A stretch of DNA of 63,909 nucleotides, counting the filler, from Sphaeroforma arctica JP610 (taxonomy: Eukaryota): assembly GCF_001186125.1 (NCBI RefSeq). It is 7 parts of 3 records of this genome, joined end to end, with 100 filler letters (N's around TTAATTAATTAA, not from the genome) between each part and the next. Parts side by side here need not be neighbours in the genome. Positions count along the whole stretch, not along the records: positions 1 to 13,268 come from NW_014040523.1; 6 more parts are not named here. One strand, 5' to 3'. Below the pieces are notes generated by a model. It searched no databases. It was not told the origin of the DNA and saw only the letters and a list, made by a program, of their open reading frames with translations. This document shows, piece by piece, positions 1 through 11,237 of the stretch. The first letter of the stretch is position 1. Every line of letters begins with the position of its first letter. The translations under genes and the position numbers were made by a program.

Positions 1-317
1 TATATATATACTATAGTATTGGTATATATCAGGAATTATATATCACAGGCTACCGTCGTCTCTCAGGATATTGATTCATCTAATGAACTGATGGTTTCCA
101 TTGACCTACTGTGCCCTCCTCATCTGCATAGAGAGTCTCAAGGGTCTTAGGGTTTTAGCTATGGTTGAGCGTCCACTTGAACAAAATCATATATATAAAA
201 TAAACCTTTGAAAGTAGTGTACTTCGTGTCTTTATTGTAGTAATAATATCTTTATTGTATTTTCTAAATGATTGCCCATTCTGGACAAGATATGACTCGC
301 AACTCGTCAGAAGCTAC

Positions 318-3300
318 CTAAATACTCTGTTGGCCGGGTTGATTCGCAAAGCTCATGTTGGATGCACCACTCATGAATCCCATCTGCGATTGCTGCGACA
401 CAAGATTATCCTCTTGCCTGTACTTCTTCTCAGCAGCACGACGGCGCATAACCACAATACAAGCGACAACACAGCAGCAACAGCATAGGCATAGCAGCAG
501 AAGGGCAGCCACAGCTCCGCCAATGATCATCAGTTCGGAATCATCAGCTTGAGCAGCCGCAGTGGTACCAGCCGCAGTCCCAGCTCCAACAACGGCAGCC
601 TGGATCAGGTCCTCGGCTGTGTAGCGGACACCAGCTTCTTTGTCTACAGCCACCTCGCCAGCATCACGCGTAGTCAACCCATTGAGAGAACGACGGCGGC
701 GACCAGCTGATCCATCGTCGTAATCCACAAGAACAGTAAAGTTCATGGTGATAGCATTACCGGTACGATCGGAGGTTGCACAGGCCATCTGTGAAGTTAC
801 TTGGAAAGGCATGGAGATTGCTTGGGTTGCCGGTTTGTAGGTTTGACTGAACTCGGCGTTGTCGGTGACGTCGCCCATGTAGTCAGCGAAGCCAGAACAG
901 TCGCCGTCAGTGGTGCGTTCGACGTAGGTGACCTCGGCGTTGTACAGCGCAACTCCGCTTTCAGATGTATCAACGATGATCTGCCAGTATGACATGGTTC
1001 CAAGATCGAAAATAGACTCTTCCTCTAGGTATTCGTCGGACGCGTACACTGCGATCGACAGGTCAAACAGAGCATCGAGCTCAAACTCCTCCACCTCACA
1101 GAAATTGTTAGTATCGATAAAGAAGATGACCTTGGGCTGGAAGATCTGAGCATCAGTCAATGCGGGACACGCCTGGGGATCGCCATTCGCGTCCTGTTCC
1201 TGACAGGTCACGATAAGACCCTCAAGCGAGTACTCACCAGTCAGATCACACGTTACGATGTCAAACTCGACATTCTGAACACACTCTTTGCCGCTCGCCA
1301 CGTTATTGCAAGCAGCATCGAATACATAACTAGAAATGGAGCTTACTTCAGCCTCGAAACTTACATCTCTCATGCCAACCACACCTACTAGGCCTCCCTG
1401 GATTGTCATGGGAGAGGGCAGGTGAGTTTCCAAGCGAATCTTAGAATGATTCCATCCGTCAAAGAATCCCACATCCACCAAGTTGATAGCTGCCTCAATG
1501 TCGAACACAGGGGGCTGAGGTCCACACTGAGGGTCGGTTGAGTACAAGTTACACTCAGATGGGCAACCCTCATCCATGTCAGGATCACATCCATTGTGAC
1601 TACATGCGGGATCTGTGGAGTAAGGTGTGCACTCAACAGGGCAATCTGCATCAGCAGCAGGGTCGCAACCACCGACGTTACACGCGGGGGCGGTTGAGTA
1701 AGCGTGACAGCCTTGAGGACAATTGGGGTCTCCTGAGCTAGGATCACATCCGCCTGGGTTACAAGCAGGGTCAGTTGAATATGGAGAGCAGGTAACTGGG
1801 CAACCATCATTCAAAGTAGGATCACATCCGGGAGGATTACATGCTGCCGATGTCGAGTAGGGACTGCACTCTACCGGGCAGTAGGGATCGTTGACGGTGT
1901 CACAGCCTGGGTTGCAAGCAGGATCGGCGGAATATGGAGAGCAGGTAACGGGACAGTCGGCATCCACACCTGCAGTGCATCCTGGGGGATTACAAGCCGC
2001 TGCCGTAGAGTACGGGCTACACTGCTCGGGGCAATCAGCATCGACTGCTGGGTCACAGGCAGTGGGTTCTTCGCGAAGCATATATAGGTACGGGTCCAAC
2101 TTGATGGGGTTGTTATTCACCAGGATGGAGGCGACGATACCATCCCCATTGTGATCGTGATCATCAGTCAACGTAGCATCACCAATACGACTTGCAACTT
2201 CCATAGGCGCAATAACAGTGTAGTACTTAGGGGAAAGGTCGAAGAATATGAAGGTACCATCCTCCTCGGTTTTGGTAGTGGCCAAAACATTGCCCTGGGC
2301 ATCCCGAAGGTAGACCAAGACATCCTGGATAGGCTCAAGAGTATTCGCAATTCGAGTTGAACCCTCAATACTACCAAGATGAGTGACTGGGATGACATCA
2401 TACTTGAACGGAGGTACAGTCAGTGCTGTGTTGGGCGTTTCGTAAGCTGCCTTGGTATTGCCATCTCTGAAGCCATCTGGATCTTCAGCAAGGAATATTC
2501 CTCCTTGTAGATAACGAGGCACATCAACATAGTGGTCGCCGACCTCAATGTTGTCGAAGGTGTACTCTCCATTCTCATCGGTGAATACGAAACGAATTCC
2601 GGGATATCCGACCTCGGAAATAAGAATGACTGGAACATTTGGGATGGGGGTTCCATCTAACATCATCACACTTCCAGTGATAATACCTTCCTGTGTAAGT
2701 ACAAAATTGACGTCACTGATGGAGACACCCTTGTAATCAACAGGTGAGATACCGTCTAGAACTTTAGCACCGTCAACGTCATATTCATCATCATGCAGCA
2801 AATACTCGTCAGGCTTGGTCATAGTCACGGTATAAATGGCAGAATCGTACACCTCGTCGAAGAAATATATTCCCTCCTGATTAGTGAGCGTAGTGCGTAC
2901 GTCATCTCCATTAGTGAGAGTAACGGTGACACCTTCGATCATCTCGTTTTTAGTATTTCGTACATGACCGGTGATCGTTCCTGGTGGAGTGTAACCGAAG
3001 TTGACATTCTCGAGTTCAGTAGCAGGAGTCACGTAGATTGGGGTTCTTGTGCCGCTATTGGTAGGATCAAGGTAATCGTCAGTAAGCTGCTGTGTAAGAT
3101 CTTTGGGATTCTCGGGAGGAACCTCGATGATGTATTCCTTTCCAGGAGGAACTCCCTCGAAAGTATATGTACCGTCGGGGCCGGTCGTAGTTTCTTCAAT
3201 TACTTCGTTCGTCTCAGGGTCAATTAGTTTGACAACAACACCTGGAATAGGCTCGTCGGTAGTTGTGGTATAAGCGGTACCAGTAATGTTGCTCATGGGA

Positions 3301-5378
3301 ACATATGGCTCCAGTGGCTGACTGTAGTGATAGTCGACATTGGCAACGGATGTTTCAGTTGGAGTAATTGTTACTACGAAAGATCCGTCTAGTACTTCAT
3401 CACCGTTGAAAGGCTCGTCGTCAAGCACGTCCGTGAAAAGACTATTCGTAGGGGCAATGACAGTATATTGCTGATTGTTCGTGTTCAGCCCGGTAAAAGC
3501 ATATCTTCCTTCATTATCAGTGAAAGTAATGCTGATCAAAATTCCATTTTCGTCTGTCAGCGTCACAGTCTCACTGACAAGAGGGCTATTATAATCTCCA
3601 GCCGTGAGCTGTCCGCTGATAGTTCCTTCGTTATCATAAGGGAAAACACCAGCATCACTACTCTGACCTTTTACAACTACTACTGTTGTTTCTCCATCGA
3701 TTACATCCTCACCTTCGGGATCGCCTACAAGCCTGATATCACCGTAAGTTTCATCAGTCACTTCAGGGACAATTTTGACGGTGTATTTTCCTTCAGGTAT
3801 GTCGGTGAAAGTGACCACACCATCCTCGCCTGTTGACTTGGTCTCTATGATTTCACCTGATGGACTGAGAACTACTGCCTCGACGCCAGACAATGGGGTT
3901 CCGGAACTAGCGTGGATTGCCTTGACAGTAATTGATCCGGTGGGTGCAGACACAAATGGAATACATTCTGGCGCAGTCGAGTACAAGTTACACTCTGGTG
4001 GACAGTTGTAAGCATCTGGACTGTTCGGGTCGCAACCTCCTGGATTGCACTCTGGTAGCGTTGAGCCTTCCGAACATGTTGCAGGGCAATCAGTGATGAC
4101 TGCAGGATTGCAACCACCAGGATTGTGGCACTCGGGCTCGGTAGAGTACATATGGCACTCCGAAGGACAGTACTGATTGGTAGCGGTGGTGCAACCATTG
4201 GGCTGACAAGCTGGGTCTACGGACCCAGGCCTGCAGTTTACAGGGCAATTCTCATCCACATCAGGATCACAACCACCGGTGTTGCACTCTGGTTCGGTTG
4301 AGCCGAGTTCACAAGTAACGGGACAACTAGGGTTTGTATCGGGGTCACAGCCCCCTGGGTAGCAGGCAGGGTCTGTCGAGTACAAGTTGCAAGTAGGTGG
4401 GCACAAATCATCTGTCGCTGGATCACAACCATCAGGGTAACACGCTGGATCTGTGGAATACATATGACAAGTTTCTGGACAATCCGGAGTTGTTGCTGAG
4501 TCACAACCAGTGGGTTGGCAGCCTACGGCTTGTGAACCAGGATAACAGTTCTGTGGGCAATCTGCATCTCTAGTGGGATCGCAGCCAAGTGTGTTGTTCC
4601 ACTTAGAGTTGATCGTGGCAGCCACATTTGCGACAGTATCAATTTGCACCAACAAGTTCGTAACCGCGTTACCTTCGCGAACAACTGGAATACGCAAAAA
4701 CTCTTCATCATTGATTCTTTTTACATACTCATCCCACTGTGCTTCAATTTGTGCCTCGTACGATGTGAAGGTTCCGTAGTCTTTGATGGTAGTACCACAA
4801 CCAGTAGGCGCTGTACCGCCGAGTTTGTCAAAACTGACGCTGAAATCTAGCTCTGAGCGACAATTTCCCATCAGCTTGTACACGCCACCTGACATTTTTT
4901 CCGGGTGATCTACTGCATAGTGACAGTCTTCAAAGTAAAAATCGTTCAGCTTTCGCTCATTATGCCAAACTCCAACATCCGTTCTCAGATTGACATTATT
5001 ATTTCGAACATACGCCTCAAGGATCTCTATGCTAAAGTTTGCCTGCAGTGCGTATGGTTCTCCTAAACTGCATGATGCTCCACCAACTGTAGAGACTGTA
5101 ATTTTATCCAGCGTGGTAGCATAGCCAGGCATATTGCCGAATGCAAACACAGCATCAGCGGCTGAACCGACAATAAAATTTGCACCCCCGCCAACCACTG
5201 CCAAATTCTTGTCCACTACGATGGGGTCTGTAACTACATAATCTCCAGGTGCGAGCTCGATGGTGTCGCCGTCGGCGGCATTATCTATAACAGTTTGATA
5301 ATCTTTGTTATTGGCAGCTAAATTGGCGCCGGCAGTAGACGCCCAAAGAGCGCTTAAAACCGTTGCGCAGTATTTCAT
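318..5378 (-). CDS. Intronless 1686-aa type-I membrane/cell-surface protein: signal peptide, beta-helix-like N-terminus, 8+7 Cys-rich ~26-aa repeats flanking six SdrD-B/Cna-B-like Ig beta-sandwich repeats, RRRR furin-like site, TM helix, poly-Cys juxtamembrane
   Basis: Single long ORF; hydrophobic N-terminus (MKYCATVLSALWASTAGA); YQTVIDNAADGDTIELAPGDY; GCDPxxDxxCPxxCxxYSTDPAC repeats (~3960-4586 and ~1520-2062); G-x-I-x-G...P.xGV.V.L...TDxxGxYxF repeats (~2065-3945); GRRRRS; TM IIGGAVAALLLLCLCCCCCVVACIVVM followed by RRR. Confidence 0.9.
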   Translation of the reverse strand: MKYCATVLSALWASTAGANLAANNKDYQTVIDNAADGDTIELAPGDYVVTDPIVVDKNLAVVGGGANFIVGSAADAVFAFGNMPGYATTLDKITVSTVGGASCSLGEPYALQANFSIEILEAYVRNNNVNLRTDVGVWHNERKLNDFYFEDCHYAVDHPEKMSGGVYKLMGNCRSELDFSVSFDKLGGTAPTGCGTTIKDYGTFTSYEAQIEAQWDEYVKRINDEEFLRIPVVREGNAVTNLLVQIDTVANVAATINSKWNNTLGCDPTRDADCPQNCYPGSQAVGCQPTGCDSATTPDCPETCHMYSTDPACYPDGCDPATDDLCPPTCNLYSTDPACYPGGCDPDTNPSCPVTCELGSTEPECNTGGCDPDVDENCPVNCRPGSVDPACQPNGCTTATNQYCPSECHMYSTEPECHNPGGCNPAVITDCPATCSEGSTLPECNPGGCDPNSPDAYNCPPECNLYSTAPECIPFVSAPTGSITVKAIHASSGTPLSGVEAVVLSPSGEIIETKSTGEDGVVTFTDIPEGKYTVKIVPEVTDETYGDIRLVGDPEGEDVIDGETTVVVVKGQSSDAGVFPYDNEGTISGQLTAGDYNSPLVSETVTLTDENGILISITFTDNEGRYAFTGLNTNNQQYTVIAPTNSLFTDVLDDEPFNGDEVLDGSFVVTITPTETSVANVDYHYSQPLEPYVPMSNITGTAYTTTTDEPIPGVVVKLIDPETNEVIEETTTGPDGTYTFEGVPPGKEYIIEVPPENPKDLTQQLTDDYLDPTNSGTRTPIYVTPATELENVNFGYTPPGTITGHVRNTKNEMIEGVTVTLTNGDDVRTTLTNQEGIYFFDEVYDSAIYTVTMTKPDEYLLHDDEYDVDGAKVLDGISPVDYKGVSISDVNFVLTQEGIITGSVMMLDGTPIPNVPVILISEVGYPGIRFVFTDENGEYTFDNIEVGDHYVDVPRYLQGGIFLAEDPDGFRDGNTKAAYETPNTALTVPPFKYDVIPVTHLGSIEGSTRIANTLEPIQDVLVYLRDAQGNVLATTKTEEDGTFIFFDLSPKYYTVIAPMEVASRIGDATLTDDHDHNGDGIVASILVNNNPIKLDPYLYMLREEPTACDPAVDADCPEQCSPYSTAAACNPPGCTAGVDADCPVTCSPYSADPACNPGCDTVNDPYCPVECSPYSTSAACNPPGCDPTLNDGCPVTCSPYSTDPACNPGGCDPSSGDPNCPQGCHAYSTAPACNVGGCDPAADADCPVECTPYSTDPACSHNGCDPDMDEGCPSECNLYSTDPQCGPQPPVFDIEAAINLVDVGFFDGWNHSKIRLETHLPSPMTIQGGLVGVVGMRDVSFEAEVSSISSYVFDAACNNVASGKECVQNVEFDIVTCDLTGEYSLEGLIVTCQEQDANGDPQACPALTDAQIFQPKVIFFIDTNNFCEVEEFELDALFDLSIAVYASDEYLEEESIFDLGTMSYWQIIVDTSESGVALYNAEVTYVERTTDGDCSGFADYMGDVTDNAEFSQTYKPATQAISMPFQVTSQMACATSDRTGNAITMNFTVLVDYDDGSAGRRRRSLNGLTTRDAGEVAVDKEAGVRYTAEDLIQAAVVGAGTAAGTTAAAQADDSELMIIGGAVAALLLLCLCCCCCVVACIVVMRRRAAEKKYRQEDNLVSQQSQMGFMSGASNMSFANQPGQQSI

Positions 5379-8300
5379 AATTAAATGTAACTATGAGTTC
5401 TACCTGCACTTAGATCGAATGCGTAAACGTTGCTACGTGTCTGATATATATATTAAATTTGTACGTGACTCACGCATGCACACTTGCCCAGGGCCGCCCC
5501 TGGAGTCAGGCCAGCCATTGGTGTCAGGGACTCAGGGCAAAATACTATTTCTTTAAAAACATAGTTAAACGGTACTCCCTACATTGTTTTGTTTATTGTT
5601 TGATCATTTTTTTTAAGTATTTCTAAATAAAACATAGTGTTTTCCATACTATACTATATATTTTTAAATTTTTTAAACGAAAACAAACCAAAAAAAAACC
5701 CCTTTATAAAAATATTTTTTAAATTAGGAATTTTTATTGATAACAATATCGAATCATATTACTTTATTTTAGGCAAGTCACTCTAGCCTCCCTTGCAAAG
5801 TCCAAAAAACTCAAAGGACCAAGTCGACAAGAGGACTTTTTTTTGAAGTTAAATGTCTTTATAACAGTTAACAGTCAACAGTTTATCCATTTCTTTTTTT
5901 TATTCAAAAAAAACAAATATAAAAAAATCCTTATTTTCATATTTAAAAAAAACAGATATGTAAACTTTATATGTATCGGCCTACCTTTAACAGCTGTTTA
6001 TCATCCGCTGTATGTATTTAGTTATTAACTTATTGTAGCCTGTACAACAAGTGTACATGTCGCCAGTTTGCCACGGAAGCTTCGGTTCGGACTTCGAAAG
6101 ACTGGAAGGCGGAACCGGGAATACAGCCTCTGAGGCCTGAGCCTAGTTTTTACTTTTTACTTTTTGCACAACACTGACAACAGGGCGCAAGTCGGAACGT
6201 GTACTGTCACTGTGTAGTGTGTACATAGCACATATACAGACGACACACACACACTTACACAGTCACACACTGATGACACTCGGACTCAGAAGTGACTAGC
6301 TAGTAGCTAGTCACAAACTGATAACACTCAGATTCTCAGTCTGGCGGCTGACCGACAACAAGGGATTTTAGATTTTAACCAGCCATATTTACATGTGTAC
6401 GGTATCGTGATTTTTGTTTTGTTATTTTTCTTGTAACAAAAAGGACAAGAATAAACTAATACCCACACTCAAAAGAGTTCATGCATCTCTCTAGAGATTC
6501 TAGAGAGTGAGTTCTGAACTTCTGAACTTCTAGAAGGAGTGAACCAGCATACTCCTTTCGTCTTCGTACCTTTAATTGGATAGTTTTACAAACCATTTTA
6601 AACATTTAAACAAATTTACATTCCTATATTCTAAACAATCGCTATATCTGTATATCATAGGCCATAAGTCATTTATAAACACCTATTTGTTTTTCCTCAG
6701 CGGCTCAGCCTAGGGGCTGGGAGCCTGGGACTCTTGGCACTTGGGAATGGGAGGCTACGCGACTGAAAGTCAAAATAAAGTTTATTTGCTTTTTTTCTTT
6801 TAACACAGGGCATTCCAGCTCTTTAAATACACTGATTGAAGGGTCTTTTTAAAAACCTTAAACCCTAAAACTACCAAATATATGCACGTTGGACACGAAG
6901 AAATGATGTGACGTCATCAATTGTGAATTGATGTTTGACATGTTCTCTTCGAGGCTATGAGTAAAATCTGAAAGGCTAAACCTATGAGACCTACGTCGCC
7001 CAAGTACCGAACTGAAGATATTTCGTTTTATGAAATAAACAGCATCCCCTACCAGCTTCATGGGACCAACTCTCCTATAACGACAATTACCACAACTTCA
7101 TTGAGGGCGTACAGGTCGACAGACTTCCACCTGAAACCAGGTGTGACTCCGCGATGTATTGTGTATAAGCAGAAGAATTCCAAGCTGATGGCTTGGGAAG
7201 CGGAAATTTGCGATACGAACTATAAACGAGGTATAATTGAGCTCAGAGACTTCTTTAGCAAGACCCGCTTGTTGGCGGTCATCACGCGTAAAAATCCGAG
7301 AGTTGACTCCAAATCAGCGGAAGACATTGTTATTTCCCCGACTATTCGGTCGCGAACGAAAATTTCGACGTAGAACCGTACCCCTGCAAATGAAGGACGA
7401 GGGTCTTGGCCACCCTTGTAATGCCGACACCAGGTCATGTGTCAACATGGCATGCAGATTTAACCAACTTAAATATACGAAACGCTCCCGCAGGTACCAA
7501 ACATGTATCACGTCTAAAGATTATGTTTGGCAACCGATTGTAAGGTGATCGGGGTCAAACTGGGTTTCTTCTTTAATTTCCAGCTGGTCCTCTGTACCAA
7601 TACTTTACAACGAATGGGCCAGAAGATCCTTCACTTTGTCGACGAGGGTGACATGGTTGAGTCCAAGAATGGCCATTGGCACACGATGGAGTCGTACGTT
7701 GCCATAGCGTGGAAGCACAACATATGACTGTGTCTTTTGAAGACATACCTAAAACCCTACAACCCTTTATTATTTAATACCTTTTACATATTACCTAACA
7801 GATATTTGGACAAGACCATTAAAAGGCCCCAGTAAAATACCAAACATAAGATTTGGACTAGTTCTATTAATAGAACTATTTTTACTTTCCAAATCTATTT
7901 ATATCTGAATACTTCGGTAGCGAGATGACTCAACCGAACATAGGTTTCTAATGACTATTAGCGTTGCTTAGTTTATCCTCCGTTCAACCAACCAGATGTG
8001 CCAGTCTGACGAAGGCTAAGTCGGTAATTCTTGATAAGTGGCAAGTTATTGGTTAATGCAATAACTATGGACATCAGGAGTATTTTTTTCTTTCATCTTT
8101 TTAAATTTTCCGAGGATTGCGTTTTCTCGGCCTGTCCCTTTCGAGATTTTGCCTTCTTCGCTGGTGGCTTCTGTGGCTCCGTAGTCACATTACCTCCAGA
8201 TGAACCTACACCCAAGTCAACCAACTTCTTACGTTTCTGTTTAGTCAGAGTTGGTACCGGTTGTACCGGCGTGATCTCAGTTGCTTCAGATTCCACTGAT

Positions 8301-11237
8301 GATGCTGGGGGGTTTTCTGCGTTTCATCTCCTACAGTAAACCAATTCGCTTTTGTAGCCTTAGCTACATTCGCCGCCTTATTGTTTCGTCATAATATCGA
8401 TAGCGTATTATAAACTTAAAAATGCTATCTGGAAGCACGCCGTTTTTAACACGATTTATCAACCTCTGTTAGAAATTCCGTTTGCGAAGTTGTAGCCGAA
8501 ATACCTATAGAAATTCCGTGGCTTCCTGTACATGCGCTAGCATTGTCAAATGGCCATCCTAGTCAGTATTTCATTTCAGACGTTGTTCGGCATCAAACCC
8601 TCATCCAACGTAGAAATCGAGTGTTGAGCCTCAGAGACCAGTCGGTCACAAGCGGGTCCGACGTACTCAGCAGTAAAACCTCACTGAACGAGGGCGGGTT
8701 GAACTCTCCTGTACAAATACACCGTTTACAGGCCGAATCTGGGTTGTTGACGCTAGTATTGCTGGTTTCTGTATTAACGGTATTGACCGTCTCTACCCGT
8801 TTGCATATCGCAGTACAAAGCTGTGTGAACTCTGCACAGTGTCTTGTCACGTATCAGACCTGAAGAATGATGAAATGATCATCACAGCTAACTTCAATCC
8901 GCTCATCGTCTGGACGGGCCTTTCTCGTGGTGACCGACTCCTCCGCGTGGTACAAAATGTCCCGCGCCATACTGTACGTATACGTACATTCTAGGCGAAT
9001 GAAATTGCGTTGCCGATATGTTATCTCGGAGTTCCTAGGCACTTGTCCTTGAGCCGGAATCTCTACTAGGTACTCGTTTCTTCCCTTATAATACGTCTTA
9101 CTCTAATGTGATATTTTTCAATCCCAGCTGGATAGTTGTTCTCTTTAAGAAACAAGATTCCCAGATGTTGACTTGTATGCAAGCTACAAGTGTCATTGTC
9201 AACCCCGCTACTGCGCTTAAATTCCCGGCCCCTTCACTACTGCGCCTTCGTACCTTCATCCATTGCCATTGTAAAATTGCGCAGGACAATGTATCTACAC
9301 CTATGGACTATACTTTACCGCCACCTGCCCCCATGAAACCTGTAGTGAATTCGCTGAACCTTCCGCACTGCGCAATAGTGCTGGTTAGTGCCAGTGGATT
9401 GGCTCTCTTCACAAAATTTACCCAAGACACAACTCGTGACCTTTCCAGTTTTGTTGTAAATTAGGTGAATGACGACTGAACCAACCAATCTAGTAGTACT
9501 AGGTCGGCTGGTTCAATCGTTCATTTAATTTGCTTTCTATAGTACTCCTACTGGTGACGCTCACCTAACGTCGACCCGTATGTATGTTTCGACGGCGGTT
9601 CCTTCCCGGACACCTCCATCCTCTTTACTTATGAGCCTTGGCGAGGTTATGTCTGAGATTTCCAGGAACGGGTACAAGTCCCATGACCTGCTGTCGAGGT
9701 CCTTGAATACATTTGGGCGACTTATCGCAACCGTGACCATCTTCGGCCACAATCAATTGAACTAGTACTTCAACGAAACCTTCATCCTCCTGCTGGTTAT
9801 GTCTGCCTCTGATGTACATTAGAAGGTACTCTACAGGGTCTTACTATCGGTCTACTAACCCAGCCTACATGTGGTAGCTATCTAATTGTAGTCTAACATT
9901 TGGGCTTCAAAGTCATCTCTGAGACGGCTCGAGGCTTTGAATACGGTGTTTTTTTGTTGTTGCATAGCTGCAACTGCCGAGTATGTCATTTAACTCCAAA
10001 CCTTTTTAGGGCTGGTGTGCAACTGAAGGCACCGCATGCCGTATTGTTACCGCTGGTTTCCACAGCCATAATGATATTGTTCATACCAAGTTCACTGCGT
10101 CTACTAGGTGTAACAAAGTCCAGTCTGAGTCTGCTGTGCCGGTCCAAAAGTTTATCACAAGGATCTAAGAATTCGGAGCGCGTTATGAAAATATCAATCA
10201 CACACATTTTATTAATATTAAATTAATACACATGAAAAGCACAGATCGAAGTAGAAAGTAAGAGAATGATCCCCGCTAATTTTTCACTTCTAGAGGACAT
10301 AATACATATAGTGCAAGACCCTGTACTGTTTTGAAATGTCTGCCATGCAGCCATTTTTTGATCGTTTGGACTGAAATTAAAACATGATTGGCATCGCATG
10401 TGGTCGGAATACTCTAAACAGGGATTATTTGATGAATATTGGTAAATTTCGCTTTTATGTTAGGATCTGTAAACTTGCAAGTTTAGAGTTCATGTATTAT
10501 TATTAGGATTGTCAACAAAGGAACGACGTCTCTCCTTGTAAGAGGGGAGTATGTTTAGATACAATTATCTGCGAATTACCACATTTTTAACTTACTAGTA
10601 AGAAGTTATTCATTTTTTCAACAATCCAAGAACACAATATAAACTAGTGAGAAGATAGAGAAATATTGACTAATATATACTAGACGAGATTTAGATGGTA
10701 AACATCAAGATGAATCGAGTGAATGGCACTAATGGAGAGCGAATGCAATGGCTACCTCGGCGAGATGCCGAACAATATTTTCAGTTGGCTGAAAAGCCGT
10801 TGAATGGCACTTTATATAAAACAGACCACTTTGTTGTAGCATACGCAAGAGAATAGACGCCAGCTAAGATAGCCAGAAAATGTAGAGGGCTTAGTAAAAG
10901 TGTATTCGAGCTGACAGTGTCAATCACAGGCCTCAGGGCTAGTATAAATTGACCTTCTATAGATACTGAACTCAATTGTGATTGGGTGGAAATCGAACTC
11001 TCACACTGCTGCTTGACAGTGCTTCTGAGATACATCCGTATCGACACGAAAAATCCACTTACAGAGGGCATAAGCAGCAGAAAGCGCATATACTGACTAA
11101 GGATTCATTCACTCATACACTCGTGTTAGACGTACAGCGCGCCTAGTGGCGGTGAAATATTCCTGAACTGTGAGGGATAGCAACAGCCGGGTAAACAGTT
11201 TAAGGATACAAACAACCGATTAAATTTAGCCCTGCCC

